From contig DAOQNB010000001.1 in NCBI GenBank assembly GCA_035335845.1, positions 509 to 64,508 of the forward strand: a stretch of 64,000 nt of DNA, read 5' to 3'. The notes beneath the pieces were generated by a model. That model ran no database searches and was not told the origin of the DNA. It worked only from the letters and a program-made list of their open reading frames with translations. This DNA is from Acidobacteriota bacterium (GTDB lineage: Bacteria > Acidobacteriota > Blastocatellia > Chloracidobacteriales > Chloracidobacteriaceae). Below, piece by piece: positions 1-10,701 of the stretch. How positions within the stretch are numbered: the first letter of the stretch is position 1; every line of letters starts with the position of its first letter. The position numbers were made by a program, and so were the translations under genes.

Positions 1-678
1 TCCAGCCGAGAGTAAGCCATAAATTGATTTGAGGGTGAGTTCAGGTGTGGCATCAGTCGTAATCAGAATTTTCAATAAATCAGTGGGTTGGGTCACCAGG
101 TCGACCACCTTTCGCTCGACTGGTTTGAGCGAAGTGGTTTGCATCCGGAGCAGCATTGAAGAGGATGGTGCCACCAGCCGGTTGATATCGCCTAACCCAC
201 GGCGGATGATCTCAAAGTCTTCAATCCGGCGAACGCCTTCCAAAATGATACTCGCCGTGGTGAGTTTGAGTTTGAGTTCATCCGCGACTCGATTCTCACC
301 TTCAATAAATTGATAACTGCCAGTGGTCCAGGCAAAAAGGGAATAAATAATGTCGAGGACCTGAAACGTGACATTGGTGATGAGTTCGCGTTCACCCATA
401 ATGCCCATTTCAACGAGGGCTTTTCCAAACCGTTTGCCGCTTTTGGTCGCTTCAACCGCGCGGTCAAAATCCTGTGGTGAGAGCAAGCCATGCCGCAGCA
501 AGACTTCACCAATGCGGTCCTGGGCCTGGTTGCTGGCCGAGAATACAATATTGCCAAGTTCAAAAAAGATCTGCTTGCGTTGTTCACCTTGAGAGAAGAT
601 CAGTTCTCCGGTTCGTCGTTCAACATAAATTGACCGCAGCAAATCTGGAAGGCAGATAGTCGTCAGGTCACCTTGCAT
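1..678 (-). CDS. DUF4388 (PATAN-like) domain protein, 3' end cut by the window edge
   Basis: This ORF is absent from the ORF track because it runs off the window. My translation of the minus strand from the ATG at 678-676 stays open to position 1. It reads MQGDLTTICLPDLLRSIYVERRTGELIFSQGEQRKQIFFELGNIVFSASNQAQDRIGEVLLRHGLLSPQDF..., which matches the LPDLL...TG.L...I.F..G.IV.A pattern typical of DUF4388 proteins. Confidence 0.7.
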   Translation of the reverse strand, partial: MQGDLTTICLPDLLRSIYVERRTGELIFSQGEQRKQIFFELGNIVFSASNQAQDRIGEVLLRHGLLSPQDFDRAVEATKSGKRFGKALVEMGIMGERELITNVTFQVLDIIYSLFAWTTGSYQFIEGENRVADELKLKLTTASIILEGVRRIEDFEIIRRGLGDINRLVAPSSSMLLRMQTTSLKPVERKVVDLVTQPTDLLKILITTDATPELTLKSIYGLLSAG

Positions 679-832
679 GGGATTCAACTCGTTTGGGTTA
701 GGAGGTTGGAGTTAAGGTGCAGTTTGGGGCGACGAATCTTGTACCAAATGAGCCTTCATCATACCGGTGGGCAGGTGAAAAGTAAATCATCCAAAAAGCG
801 GTAAACCAGGCAGTTCGCGGCCATAAAGGCTG

Positions 833-850
833 ATGTCGGCGCGCCGACAT
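833..850. repeat. 18-nt perfect palindrome ATGTCGGCGCGCCGACAT (copy 1), about 120 nt downstream of the ogg 3' end
   Basis: Read directly from the sequence. An identical core recurs at 23819-23836. It produces the spurious MSARRH peptides seen in three ORF-track entries. Confidence 0.85.
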
Positions 851-968
851 TGCGTCTGGTCTCCCCGACTGATCGGTGTCGGTGAGGTGAATTGGGAGAA
901 ACTGGTTAAACCCGACCTGGCTAACGTTCAAGCAGAAAAAGCAGCCCCGAACTCCAGGGGGCAGCGCT

Positions 969-1847
969 TCATCTGGCAGGTGTGGCTTTCTGGGTGCGAG
1001 CTGCTTCAAAAAGATATTGTTGGGCCAACCCTGCCAACTGGCCAAACTGCTCGAGAGCAAATTGCCGAATCACCTGATCCGAAGGGGATTGGCCTGGGAA
1101 GTAGAGGTCAATCATGATACGCCTGATCCAGGTATCAACTGGGAATACATCCCACCGGCCAAACCCGAATAAGAGAATACAATCTGAGACTTTGGGGCCG
1201 ACTCCAGGTAAACCAAGCAGCAGGTCGCGTAATTCGGCGGTTGAGAGCTGGTCTGCCTGCTGCCAGTGGGATGAGTGATCGGTAATATGTTGGGCGAGTC
1301 CAACCAGGTACTGGTCGCGGTATCCAGTGCCGCATTGTTCCCGCAATACGTCGAGTTGTGCCTCGGCAAGTTGTTGCGGTGTTGGGAATGCACATGCCAG
1401 TGGCTGGCCGGGGATGGGGGTTCCGTAGGTGGTGCAGAGCCGGTCAATAATACTGGAAATGCGTTTGATGTGGTTATTGGCTGAGATCACAAAGCTCACA
1501 ATGACCTCAAACCAGTTTTGATTGAGGAGTTTGAGTCCGGTAATGGTGCGGGTGGCCTGCAAAAAGATTGGATCCTGGTGAAGGATGGCCAGCGCCTGGG
1601 CATAGTCGCGCCGAAGATCGAAATAATGAAAGACCTGAATGGGAAAGGGAGGGTTTCCGGTTGGCGACGGTTCGTCTTGATGAACCCGCATTCCCCCATA
1701 ACTGACAGAGAGCCGCCAAACCTGTCCATTGACAATCCCCTGATAGGTGTTGTCTTCAGGCGAGTAGCGCCAGCGAAAGGTCTGGCCTCCCAGCAAGGTC
1801 AGTGCTGGGTCAAATGAATGAGGTTGCAGAGGGATAAAATACCGCAT
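969..1847 (-). CDS. ogg: 8-oxoguanine DNA glycosylase / HhH-GPD base-excision glycosylase (OGG family)
   Basis: 292-aa ORF. The N-terminus TLLGGQTFRW and the helix-hairpin-helix plus Gly/Pro-Asp segment LLGLPGVGPKVSDCILLFGFGRWDVFPVDTW are characteristic of OGG1-type glycosylases. Confidence 0.8.
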   Translation of the reverse strand: MRYFIPLQPHSFDPALTLLGGQTFRWRYSPEDNTYQGIVNGQVWRLSVSYGGMRVHQDEPSPTGNPPFPIQVFHYFDLRRDYAQALAILHQDPIFLQATRTITGLKLLNQNWFEVIVSFVISANNHIKRISSIIDRLCTTYGTPIPGQPLACAFPTPQQLAEAQLDVLREQCGTGYRDQYLVGLAQHITDHSSHWQQADQLSTAELRDLLLGLPGVGPKVSDCILLFGFGRWDVFPVDTWIRRIMIDLYFPGQSPSDQVIRQFALEQFGQLAGLAQQYLFEAARTQKATPAR

Positions 1848-1858
1848 TGGTCTGATAA

Positions 1859-2359
1859 TTAATTTTTTGGTGGAGGTGGAGATTGAAGGGGGGTCAATTC
1901 CCGTAAGTGTTCATTGAGATATTTGTCACAGGGAACACAGATGGCACAACACACAATTAAACTCGCAATCCCTGAAATGAGGATATCCCCGTTCGAATAC
2001 TTCATCAATCCAATTCCAACCGGCGGGGTCACAATTCCAACCAGCAGGATCCGAAGAAATCCCACCCAGAGCCCTTTATCCCGCAATTTCAAGCGGTTGA
2101 GGCACTGTGGGCATTGATAGATGCTCCAGGGAGAGGTGAGAAAGCGGGTCCAGGATAATCTGAAAGGGGTGTGACACAACGGACAGGTTAACCCAGGGAG
2201 CGCCGTGGTGCCAGGAGCTGGGGAAATCGCTTGTTTCGATCTGGCAGTCGCCCTGGGTACCCGGGCTGGGGCCGGTGGTGTCTTCCCCAGGTCCAGCCCA
2301 CACTCCACACATACATTGGTGACTTCAGCGTTCAATGTTCGGCAGCGCTGGCAAATCAT
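1859..2359 (-). CDS. hypothetical zinc-ribbon membrane protein
   Basis: 166-aa ORF with two CxxC...CxxC pairs (CQRC..CVEC and CPLC..CPQC) and two hydrophobic segments. It ends 11 nt upstream of ogg, so it is probably co-transcribed with it. Confidence 0.55.
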   Translation of the reverse strand: MICQRCRTLNAEVTNVCVECGLDLGKTPPAPARVPRATARSKQAISPAPGTTALPGLTCPLCHTPFRLSWTRFLTSPWSIYQCPQCLNRLKLRDKGLWVGFLRILLVGIVTPPVGIGLMKYSNGDILISGIASLIVCCAICVPCDKYLNEHLRELTPLQSPPPPKN

Positions 2360-2504
2360 GGGGAAGGCATCCTTGCTACCGATGAGCTAACTTGTGAGCC
2401 TGCACCGACATCGGGGACGTGCGCTCCGGGCTGTTGCTCAAGGGTGGGTTCGCAGGTAGAATAAGCGTCTTTTTTCATCCTATCGATTGAGACTGGAGTC
2501 ATTC

Positions 2505-5399
2505 ATGGCAATTGACCGGATTACGGTTCGCGGTGCCCGACAGCATAACCTGAAAAACATCAATCTTGAAATCCCGCGCAATACACTGACAGTGATTACC
2601 GGATTAAGTGGCTCCGGGAAATCATCACTCGCCTTTGATACCATCTATGCGGAAGGCCAGCGGCGATATGTTGACTCACTTTCAGCTTACGCACGTCAAT
2701 TTTTAGATCAACTGGAACATCCTGATGTTGATTCGATTGAAGGACTCAGCCCGGCCATTTCAATTGACCAAAAAACGACCGGGCGTAACCCACGTTCGAC
2801 TGTGGGCACCGTGACGGAGATTTATGATTACCTGCGATTGCTCTATTCCTCAATCGGGACTCCCCATTGTCCGGAATGTGCCCAACCCATTACCCGCCAG
2901 TCAGCCGAGCAAATCGTTCAGAGTATTCTGGAGTTGCCCGTTGGCGAGCGGGTGATGATTTTGGCGCCGCTGGTTCGCGGACGCAAAGGCGAATTTCAAA
3001 AAGAACTGGAAAAGCTCCAAAAGATGGGGTTTTCCCGGGCCCGGATTGATGGGGAACTTCGGTTCCTGGACGAGGAAATCCGGCTGGACAAGCGGCGAAA
3101 CCATACGATTGAAGCTGTGATTGACCGGATTCTGATCAAGGATGGAATCCAAAAACGGTTGCTTGAATCAATTCATACCGCCGTCTCCATGACCGATGGC
3201 GTGGTCATGGTGGCAGTGGTGGATGGCGATGAGAAGCTGTATTCTCAAAAAATGGCCTGTCCAAGTTGTGGCATTAATATGCCAGTATTAGAACCACGGT
3301 CATTTTCCTTCAATAGTTCATTTGGGGCCTGTAAAACCTGTGCTGGTCTGGGGGTGACCACTGAAGTTGATCCGTCGCGGTTGATTTTGGATCCCAAAAA
3401 AACACTTCCGAAACTGGAGTTTGCGGTTACCGATGGCCACATCACCAACCAGTTGCGTGAAGGGTTGCTGGCACTGGCTCGCCATCATCAACTTGGGGCA
3501 AAACTGACCTATGCTGATTTGCCACCAGCCATCAAGGACCAGTTCTTTCATGGCCTCAAAGAGAAGATTGTTTTTGAGTATGCCGGGTATGAGTATCGGA
3601 GCGTCTGGAACGGGGTCGTGAACCTCCTGCGCGAACGATTTCATGATGCCAGAACTGATCGGTTGCGCAATGAATTGGAAGGTTTGATTCTGCCTCGAAC
3701 GTGCGCTGAGTGTGACGGGAAACGGCTTCGTCCAGAAGCGCTGGCCGTTCGGGTCGGGGGGCGGGGAATTGCTGATCTGACCAGTACCGCCATTTCTGAA
3801 GCGGCTGACTGGTTTCATCAATTAAAAGTCTCCTCACGTGAAGAGAAAATAGCCGGACCACTGCTCAAGGAAATTCGGTCACGGCTCTCATTCCTCAATA
3901 AGGTCGGGCTTGGCTATTTATCGCTTGACCGGCCAGCCGCTTCGTTGTCAGGTGGTGAAGGGCAACGGATTCGCCTGGCGACACAAGTTGGTTCTCTGTT
4001 GCGAGGGGTGTTGTACGTTTTGGATGAGCCAAGCATTGGGCTACACCCACGGGATACAAACCGGTTGCTTGAGTCATTAGAACAACTGCGGGACCTGGGG
4101 AATACGGTGCTGGTCGTCGAGCATGACGAAGAAACAATCCGGCGGGCTGATTTTGTGGTTGATCTGGGGCCGGGTGCTGGTTCACAGGGCGGGGAAATTG
4201 TGGCCGCCGGGTCGCCTGACCGGATTTCAGCCGATCAACAGTCGGTAACGGGTGGGTTTCTTTCGGGGCGGCTCTCAATTCCGGTTCCGGCTACCCGGCG
4301 GCTGGTCAATGGCAAGCATCTTTCGGTGATGGGGGCGACCCATAACAATTTGAAGAAAATCGACGTCCGGTTCCCGATAGGGGTGTTTACGGTGGTCACA
4401 GGAGTTTCAGGGTCGGGGAAATCAAGTCTGGTGGGTGATATTTTATATCGGGGGCTGGCCAAACAAATTTATGGAAGTTTTTCAGTTCCGGGTGGTCACA
4501 CAACCATCGAGGGAATTGAACATATTGATAAGGTGATTGAAATTGACCAGTCGCCCATTGGCCGAACACCCAGGTCAAATCCCGCCACCTATACCGGTTT
4601 GTTTACGATGATTCGCGAACTCTATGCTGGTCTTCCCGAAGCCAGGGAGCGTGGGTATAAAGTTGGTCGCTTCTCATTCAACGTCAAAGGTGGTCGGTGT
4701 GAAGCATGTCAGGGAGATGGTCTCAAACGGATTGAGATGAACTTTCTGCCGGATGTCTATGTGCAGTGTGATGTCTGTCAGGGCGCACGCTATAACCGTG
4801 ACACGCTGGCCGTCAGGTATCGAGGGTTGTCAATTGCCGATATGCTCAATACCACGATTTCAGATGCCCTGGAGCTTCTGAGTGCCATTCCTTCAATCAA
4901 GCAAAAACTGCAAACCCTGAATGAGGTTGGATTAGGCTATCTCAAGCTCGGTCAATCGGCCACCATGTTGTCTGGCGGGGAAGCGCAACGCATGAAACTG
5001 GCCAAAGAGCTTTCCCGGCGCGCCACTGGCCGAACCCTCTACATTCTGGATGAGCCAACTACCGGATTACATTTTGAGGATGTGCGTAAGTTGTTGTATG
5101 TATTACATCGCCTGGTAGATAATGGTAATACTGTAATTGTAATTGAGCATAATCTGGACGTAATTAAGTCGGCTGATTGGCTGATTGATCTTGGACCAGA
5201 AGGTGGGGTCATGGGCGGGCGGCTGGTTGGAGAGGGCCGGCCAGAGGAGATTGCCCGATTAAAGAAATCACATACCGGGCAGGCGCTCCGAGCTGTTCTG
5301 GGGCGTCCGACACCGGGCGGCGCCAAAGGAAGATCGCGCTCGATTTCCCCTGAGCATTGGGACGATGAAGGGATTGAACTGGTCCAGGACGAGGGGTAG
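2505..5399 (+). CDS. uvrA: excinuclease ABC subunit A
   Basis: Two ABC modules ([12 protein letters not shown] and [12 protein letters not shown]), two LSGGE signatures and Cys4 zinc modules ([23 protein letters not shown]). The ATG at 2505 follows GGAG at 2495-2498. The track start at 2487 is a TTG extension. Confidence 0.97.
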   Translation: MAIDRITVRGARQHNLKNINLEIPRNTLTVITGLSGSGKSSLAFDTIYAEGQRRYVDSLSAYARQFLDQLEHPDVDSIEGLSPAISIDQKTTGRNPRSTVGTVTEIYDYLRLLYSSIGTPHCPECAQPITRQSAEQIVQSILELPVGERVMILAPLVRGRKGEFQKELEKLQKMGFSRARIDGELRFLDEEIRLDKRRNHTIEAVIDRILIKDGIQKRLLESIHTAVSMTDGVVMVAVVDGDEKLYSQKMACPSCGINMPVLEPRSFSFNSSFGACKTCAGLGVTTEVDPSRLILDPKKTLPKLEFAVTDGHITNQLREGLLALARHHQLGAKLTYADLPPAIKDQFFHGLKEKIVFEYAGYEYRSVWNGVVNLLRERFHDARTDRLRNELEGLILPRTCAECDGKRLRPEALAVRVGGRGIADLTSTAISEAADWFHQLKVSSREEKIAGPLLKEIRSRLSFLNKVGLGYLSLDRPAASLSGGEGQRIRLATQVGSLLRGVLYVLDEPSIGLHPRDTNRLLESLEQLRDLGNTVLVVEHDEETIRRADFVVDLGPGAGSQGGEIVAAGSPDRISADQQSVTGGFLSGRLSIPVPATRRLVNGKHLSVMGATHNNLKKIDVRFPIGVFTVVTGVSGSGKSSLVGDILYRGLAKQIYGSFSVPGGHTTIEGIEHIDKVIEIDQSPIGRTPRSNPATYTGLFTMIRELYAGLPEARERGYKVGRFSFNVKGGRCEACQGDGLKRIEMNFLPDVYVQCDVCQGARYNRDTLAVRYRGLSIADMLNTTISDALELLSAIPSIKQKLQTLNEVGLGYLKLGQSATMLSGGEAQRMKLAKELSRRATGRTLYILDEPTTGLHFEDVRKLLYVLHRLVDNGNTVIVIEHNLDVIKSADWLIDLGPEGGVMGGRLVGEGRPEEIARLKKSHTGQALRAVLGRPTPGGAKGRSRSISPEHWDDEGIELVQDEG

Positions 5400-5477
5400 T
5401 GCCAGGGGGATTGGGCCGGCATTCAGGTTCTTTGGCGTTTGACAGTGAGGATTTCACCGGGAGATTGATATAAAAAA

Positions 5478-5505
5478 AAGCCTGCAGAAAAAATTCTGCA
5501 GGCTT
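5478..5505. terminator. bidirectional intrinsic terminator between convergent uvrA and the M48 peptidase gene
   Basis: AAGCCTGCAGAA-aaaa-TTCTGCAGGCTT forms a 12-bp perfect stem with an A-run upstream, which reads as a T-run on the other strand. Confidence 0.7.
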
Positions 5506-5536
5506 GAGAGAGTAGAACAGGAAGCCCTCAATGGGC

Positions 5537-6649
5537 CTACTGGGAGGAGGAACTATCAGTTGGAGGCGGGTCTGAATTTTGTGGTTTGCGTTTGAGCGTT
5601 GGCCGATCAGATGGTTGAGGCGGCTGCGATTGATTGTCTATATCTCCGGTGGCATCTGGATCAACCGGCGCATTCGGCGCATTGGGGTCGGTGGTTGGGC
5701 GTCGCTTTAGGGTTGGCTTTTGTGGGGCACCCGCATCTTGCCCGGAACCACCGTTGAGTCGTCGGTTATTGGTGGCATAGAGTGCTCCAAGCCGGCTTTT
5801 CACTCGATTAAACTCAGATGTATTCATGATGTACTCGCCCTTGTCGGGAAAGCGTGACATCAAGTCTTTTACCCGCGTGATACGATCACCGTTGGCCGGG
5901 TGGGTCGAATACAATTTGGCCATGGTCCCGGGTTTATTCTTTTCACGGGCCTGAAGTTTCTCAAAAAACGTCATCATGCTATTGGGGTCATACCCGCTCG
6001 CCCAGGCATACTGGACTCCGAGCATATCCGCTTCAAATTCTGCATTTCGGCTGAATTTGAGGAAGGTTAACGGAATCAGCAGATTGGCCCCATTCTGAGC
6101 CAGGACCCCACCCAACCCGCCTAAAAAAATCAGCGGGATTGCCCCGAATTGAAGTAACTGTCCTTTGGAAACCTGTTCAGTTGAATGTCGGGCCGCGACG
6201 TGGGCAATTTCGTGAGCCATGACACAGGCCAGCTCCGACTCATTTTCAGCCGCCAGAATCAGACCCTTGTTGACATAGAAAAAACCACCAGGCAAAGCAA
6301 ACGCATTTACTTCGTCAGAGTCAATAACTTTAATTGTAAAAGGAACTTTTGAATCAGAATTCAGAACCAGGTTTTGGCCGACCCGGTTGACATATTCGGT
6401 TACCAGTGGATCAGTGACAAATTTGAGCTGGCGGTCCAGATCAGCGGCCAGTTGCTGGCCAATCGCCATTTCTTTTTCCATTGAATAAAATTGGATGCTG
6501 CCTTTATTGATATTGCGCTTCCCAATTTTCTCAGGATCTTCTTTCGTATCAAGCTTTTTGGTTGAGTTGTCAGCCAGCAGGCTCAGGCCTGGGGCAAAGA
6601 GCAACCATATCAAGAGCAGCGAAAACGGACGTGAGGCTTTCAAAAACAT
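5537..6649 (-). CDS. M48-family zinc metallopeptidase, secreted or lipoprotein
   Basis: HExxH motif in VMAHEIAHVAARH, N-terminal signal peptide MFLKASRPFSLLLIWLLFAPGLSLLA, and a Pro-rich low-complexity C-terminal tail. Confidence 0.85.
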   Translation of the reverse strand: MFLKASRPFSLLLIWLLFAPGLSLLADNSTKKLDTKEDPEKIGKRNINKGSIQFYSMEKEMAIGQQLAADLDRQLKFVTDPLVTEYVNRVGQNLVLNSDSKVPFTIKVIDSDEVNAFALPGGFFYVNKGLILAAENESELACVMAHEIAHVAARHSTEQVSKGQLLQFGAIPLIFLGGLGGVLAQNGANLLIPLTFLKFSRNAEFEADMLGVQYAWASGYDPNSMMTFFEKLQAREKNKPGTMAKLYSTHPANGDRITRVKDLMSRFPDKGEYIMNTSEFNRVKSRLGALYATNNRRLNGGSGQDAGAPQKPTLKRRPTTDPNAPNAPVDPDATGDIDNQSQPPQPSDRPTLKRKPQNSDPPPTDSSSSQ

Positions 6650-6840
6650 AAGCTGAACCCCTCGAATGAGCCAGAACGTGGATGAGTGGTGAAATAGAGA
6701 AGGACCAGGGTCGAAATCTCCAGATGTCTCCCAACAATAGCCACCATTCTAGCAAAGTCTAGATTAGACCAGGGTTAATGATGGATTAGAATCTTTTAAT
6801 CTAATGTCAGCAAACACTTGCCAGAATTGCACCCTGTGGG

Positions 6841-9800
6841 GTGATGTGCTACATTCGCAAGCCATCTATGCCTCCGCAAAACATCAAATCCTACATCGAT
6901 ATTCAGCAACTTGATCAAATCAGCAACTTTCGAGAGGCCGAGGGCGAGCGGGTTGTTCGAGCATACCACTTTACCAGCGAATTAGGCCGGCTGGTGTCCC
7001 GTAATCTTGAGGCGATTGCCTCGCCTCGGACACCAGGGGCCATTCGGATTATTGCTGGCCCGCGCGGCGTTGGGAAAAGCCATCTGTTGATGCTGATTCA
7101 AACGCTTGCGTATAAGCCGCGTGCCCGGGCGCTTGTCAGCCAGGTGCCTCAGGTCTCAAACGCCGTTCGGCGACTTGAAGGAAGTAGCTTTGTCGTTGTT
7201 CAGGTCTCAGGGCCCACTCGTGGGGCAACCACCTTTGATTTCGGGATTGCCCTGCGCGAAGCACTCAGACATTCACCTGGAAACCCGATGGAGTTTGATG
7301 ATACTCAGTGGTACCTGGCCATTGAACACGGGCAGGTGTGTGAATTGATCTGCAGTAAGTTATTTCCTGGCATGGTTTTGCTGGTGACGATTGACGATGT
7401 CTCGGAAATTTTTCGATCAGGCAAACGCGAACTCATCACCAATACCTATCGCTGGCTGTCGTTACTGGCCATGAAAGCCCGTGACCTGCCAATTGTTGTT
7501 CTTCTGGCATTAGATAGTGATGTCATCGACCCGCAAACCGGACCCGCTGCCAAGCTGACAGCCGATTATCAGGTTGATGCCCTGTCGCAGGAAAGCTTAC
7601 GGCGGATCGCTGATCAGGCGCTGTTTCGCAAGAACCCGATTCAGCGATCTGAACTGCAGGCCCTCTATCGTGAGGCGTTACGACTGCTCCCAAATTTTAA
7701 GTGGAGTGAACAGGAGTTTATTGAGATGTACCCGGTTCATCCGGTTGTGCTCGATGTATCTCCTTCCATGTGCCAGTATTGTGAAAGTTTTTCACTGTTT
7801 GGATTTATGAACGCCGCCGCCGGGCGGGCGCTTGGGCGGCGACCGCTCCAGTTAATCTCGCTTGATGAATTATTTGATCGGTTTGAATTTGATTTGCGGC
7901 GGAACCCGGTGCTGCAACGCGGGCTGGAGGTTTATGATTTTCTGGCCAGCATTGTGATTCCTACGCTCGCGTTTGGTGATCGGCTCAAAGCAAAGCTGAT
8001 TCTGAAGGGGATTTTATTGTCGTCAATATCAGGTCGAACCGTAAATGCCTATGACCTGACCGATTCGCTCATGTTGTATGAAGAACGGAGTACGGATCGT
8101 GAATCTGCCTATCGCCAGACGTTTGCCATTTTACAGCAACTGGAAAACCTGGCCGAAGGCCAGTTGATCGGTAAGGAAGAAGGGATCTCCCGGCAGTATC
8201 AAATCACAATTGTGGAGCGGCTGGATCCAGAAGCAAAACTCAATGCCGCTGCCGCTGAGATTGCTTTTGATGACCCCCGGCTGTGTGCGTTGCTGGTGAC
8301 ACTGGGCGGGATTTGTTTTCAGGAATGGCCTTTTTCGGCTGACGCCTTGCTCATGGCAAATGCTGTGGAGCAGCGAACCGAGGTCACGGGTACGTGGCGT
8401 GGCACGCATCGCAAAGGCGTTGTGGTTTTTAACCAGCCCGTTGAACTGGCCATGTTACAACCGGTTCAGATTGAGCGTCATGAAGAACGTTTGACCCCGG
8501 ATGCCATCTCCGTGGATGCTGAGGTATTTGAGGTCAAATCCTCTGTCACAACACCGTCCGGATTACAGGAAGCCATTACGACTGAAGTCAAGGTGACATA
8601 TACCTATCAGTGGGCAGAAGAATGTTGTGAGCTAGACTGGCAGATTTCGCTCTTGCCAGCGATATATCCTGAAATTCCTGACACCGTGCCCCCAATTCCG
8701 AGCCTGTTATTTTGGAAGCCGGGGATGCTTGACGCCGCCGGCTGCGACATCCTGAAAAAAGCCTGGGTTGTGTATACCCGTGGGGAGGAAGTTTTAGGGA
8801 TTGAGGCGGCTGATCGCTTACAGTATCTTGAAATTCAGGTTCGCGAGTTATTTCTCAAGCTCTATATCGAACAGGGCCTGTTGATCAGCGCAACGGGAGA
8901 AAAGTATTCCGCCAAAAATTTCTGGCCGGATGGGACACTCCAGAAACGGTTTGTTGATTTTGTGGGGGTGTTGATTCAGACCCCACTGGATAAACGATTT
9001 CCACTCCACCCGGTCTTTCAATCAGGGCTGACCGAACGTGAAGTCCGGCGACTGGTCCTTGGACTCATGGGGGGATTGAACCCAACAGATGCTGCGGTTC
9101 AGGAATATGCTCTCAGCTATGCCGTACCATTGCATATTGTCACTGAACGGGAAGGGGTTTATCAACTGGCGGTTGATCGCGATGAAGCCCTGAGTCAGCC
9201 CTTTATTAGCGAAGTGCTCCGACTGGTGGAAGCCAGCGCCTCGGGTGACCCGATACCGGTCCAGGTGATTTACCAGACGTTGCGCCGTGAACCATATGGG
9301 TTGCTGGAGCCAGTCCAGCAATTGATTATGATGGCGCTGATTGCCGGTTGGCGCATTGAGTTGATTGATGTTTCGGGGTTGCGGGTTTTTGGCGCTGCCG
9401 AGTTAACCCAGGATGTCAGCTTTCGGCAATATGGAACGGTCCGCCGGACAGCGACGATCAGCTATTCGGCTGAAGTGCTCACCGAATGGTGTCGGTTATT
9501 AACTGAACGACCAGATCTGCCGGAGCTGACAGCCGTGCAGGCCCGGAAAATGATTCGCGAGGCACTGGCTGGCTGGTATCAGCGATGGGCTGACTTAAAC
9601 CTGGCCGAGCGGTTTAATTCATTGCCAGTTGAAATGATGACCACCCGTACCTGGCAGTTGATCATTACCTGCAAGCGATATTTTGAAACAACCTCAAACG
9701 CCGTTGAAGCGGTGTTGCACGAACGGATTTCACTGGAAATGGGGCTGGCTCGTATTGTCGAGGTTTTTTCCGCCAATCCAACCATTTTTCAGCGGGCCAG

Positions 9801-10680
9801 ACATGAATTTCAACTGCTGGTTGAGTTTCTCAACTGGCTCCCGTACTACATTCGGGCCAAGACCTACACCCTGACAGCCGTTCAGTTGAATAATGAGGAA
9901 ATCAATGCCCATCGGCGTGAACTGACTCATTTTTTTGATCATCCCCACCGGTTGCTTGATGAAGATAAGCGCCGCCGATTTGAAGCTACCTTTCGGAGTT
10001 TTCAGGATAAATTCACCAACCTGTACGCCACAAAACACGAAGACGCCATGACCAAACTGGTCAATCTGGAAACGCTCGAAGAGTTTCTGGCAAGTCGTTT
10101 GTGGCGCACCTTTGAGCTGGTCAGCCAGTTAAACATTGCCAACCCGCGATTTCTGGTTCTGGCTCAGGAAATGATCAAGCTGATTCGAGAATCACATTGT
10201 ACGCTTCCAGTGCGGGATATCTTATCGATTCAGCCGGCGTGCTCGTGCGGGTTTCGGGTTGGGTCAGTGACCCCCATCTCAACGATGGTTGAGGATTTGA
10301 AACAACTGGTTCGGACCGGGGTTGATTATCATCGCCGATTAATCTTCCAGTACCGCCCAAAACTCAGTCAGAATTTACGAACTGCAACCACGGCGACGGG
10401 TAGCAATAAAGACCAGGTGGGTGCCCTGCTGGCATTGATCAGCTCCGGAGAATCAACCACGGCCATGACCATGACTCCAGGTATGGTCGAGTTGATCAAT
10501 GAATTTCTCAAAGAGGAAACCCGTGTGATTCCTGCCTCTCCGCCCGCACCGTTTGTCCTGGGGGATCGGTTGACGAAAGCTGAGTTAAAATCCAGACTGA
10601 GTTCCTGGTTGGAAAGTCTTCCTGATGATGGAGATCTGGCATTTGAAATATCTGAATCGCCATTTGCAGGGGAGAATTAA
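6841..10680 (+). CDS. very large (1279 aa) P-loop NTPase, reminiscent of BrxC/PglY (DUF499/DUF6079) class, function unknown
   Basis: Single Walker A motif IIAGPRGVGKSH at ORF residues about 71-81 and a Walker-B-like LLVTIDDVSE. A YPVHP motif follows the NTPase core, then about 900 mostly helical residues, with CSCG near the C-terminus. GTG 6841, ATG 6844 and ATG 6868 are alternative starts. Confidence 0.8.
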   Translation: MMCYIRKPSMPPQNIKSYIDIQQLDQISNFREAEGERVVRAYHFTSELGRLVSRNLEAIASPRTPGAIRIIAGPRGVGKSHLLMLIQTLAYKPRARALVSQVPQVSNAVRRLEGSSFVVVQVSGPTRGATTFDFGIALREALRHSPGNPMEFDDTQWYLAIEHGQVCELICSKLFPGMVLLVTIDDVSEIFRSGKRELITNTYRWLSLLAMKARDLPIVVLLALDSDVIDPQTGPAAKLTADYQVDALSQESLRRIADQALFRKNPIQRSELQALYREALRLLPNFKWSEQEFIEMYPVHPVVLDVSPSMCQYCESFSLFGFMNAAAGRALGRRPLQLISLDELFDRFEFDLRRNPVLQRGLEVYDFLASIVIPTLAFGDRLKAKLILKGILLSSISGRTVNAYDLTDSLMLYEERSTDRESAYRQTFAILQQLENLAEGQLIGKEEGISRQYQITIVERLDPEAKLNAAAAEIAFDDPRLCALLVTLGGICFQEWPFSADALLMANAVEQRTEVTGTWRGTHRKGVVVFNQPVELAMLQPVQIERHEERLTPDAISVDAEVFEVKSSVTTPSGLQEAITTEVKVTYTYQWAEECCELDWQISLLPAIYPEIPDTVPPIPSLLFWKPGMLDAAGCDILKKAWVVYTRGEEVLGIEAADRLQYLEIQVRELFLKLYIEQGLLISATGEKYSAKNFWPDGTLQKRFVDFVGVLIQTPLDKRFPLHPVFQSGLTEREVRRLVLGLMGGLNPTDAAVQEYALSYAVPLHIVTEREGVYQLAVDRDEALSQPFISEVLRLVEASASGDPIPVQVIYQTLRREPYGLLEPVQQLIMMALIAGWRIELIDVSGLRVFGAAELTQDVSFRQYGTVRRTATISYSAEVLTEWCRLLTERPDLPELTAVQARKMIREALAGWYQRWADLNLAERFNSLPVEMMTTRTWQLIITCKRYFETTSNAVEAVLHERISLEMGLARIVEVFSANPTIFQRARHEFQLLVEFLNWLPYYIRAKTYTLTAVQLNNEEINAHRRELTHFFDHPHRLLDEDKRRRFEATFRSFQDKFTNLYATKHEDAMTKLVNLETLEEFLASRLWRTFELVSQLNIANPRFLVLAQEMIKLIRESHCTLPVRDILSIQPACSCGFRVGSVTPISTMVEDLKQLVRTGVDYHRRLIFQYRPKLSQNLRTATTATGSNKDQVGALLALISSGESTTAMTMTPGMVELINEFLKEETRVIPASPPAPFVLGDRLTKAELKSRLSSWLESLPDDGDLAFEISESPFAGEN

Positions 10681-10701
10681 CGGGTTGATTTAATTGATTC
10701 A

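Noticed and set aside
698-1117. ORFs 698-1060 (-), 833-1117 (+) and also 23756-23983 (-) all contain the peptide MSARRH.
   Set aside because: The shared peptide is the translation of the 18-nt palindrome ATGTCGGCGCGCCGACAT. The ORFs overlap ogg or lie in intergenic DNA and have non-protein-like composition.
2487-2504. N-terminal extensions proposed by the ORF track at non-ATG starts. Examples are 2487, 15581, 17490, 19482, 25276, 26774, 32122, 32666, 35183, 39044, 39207, 51636 and 54164.
   Set aside because: In each case the extension overlaps the preceding gene or lacks homology-like sequence. A downstream ATG or GTG coincides with the conserved N-terminus of the family, and some of these starts also have an SD-like sequence upstream.
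3318-3821. Internal antisense and alternative-frame ORFs of 60-170 aa inside uvrA, the 1279-aa ATPase gene, the NACHT gene, the kinases and other large genes.
   Set aside because: They are nested within long ORFs that carry strong family motifs. Their composition (Arg/Pro/Ser/Gly-rich) is typical of shadow frames.
6841-10680. Calling the region a BREX system.
   Set aside because: Only a BrxC/PglY-like ATPase candidate is present. I found no PglX-type methyltransferase, PglZ, BrxA/B/L, kinase or helicase genes within the window, so no system call is justified.
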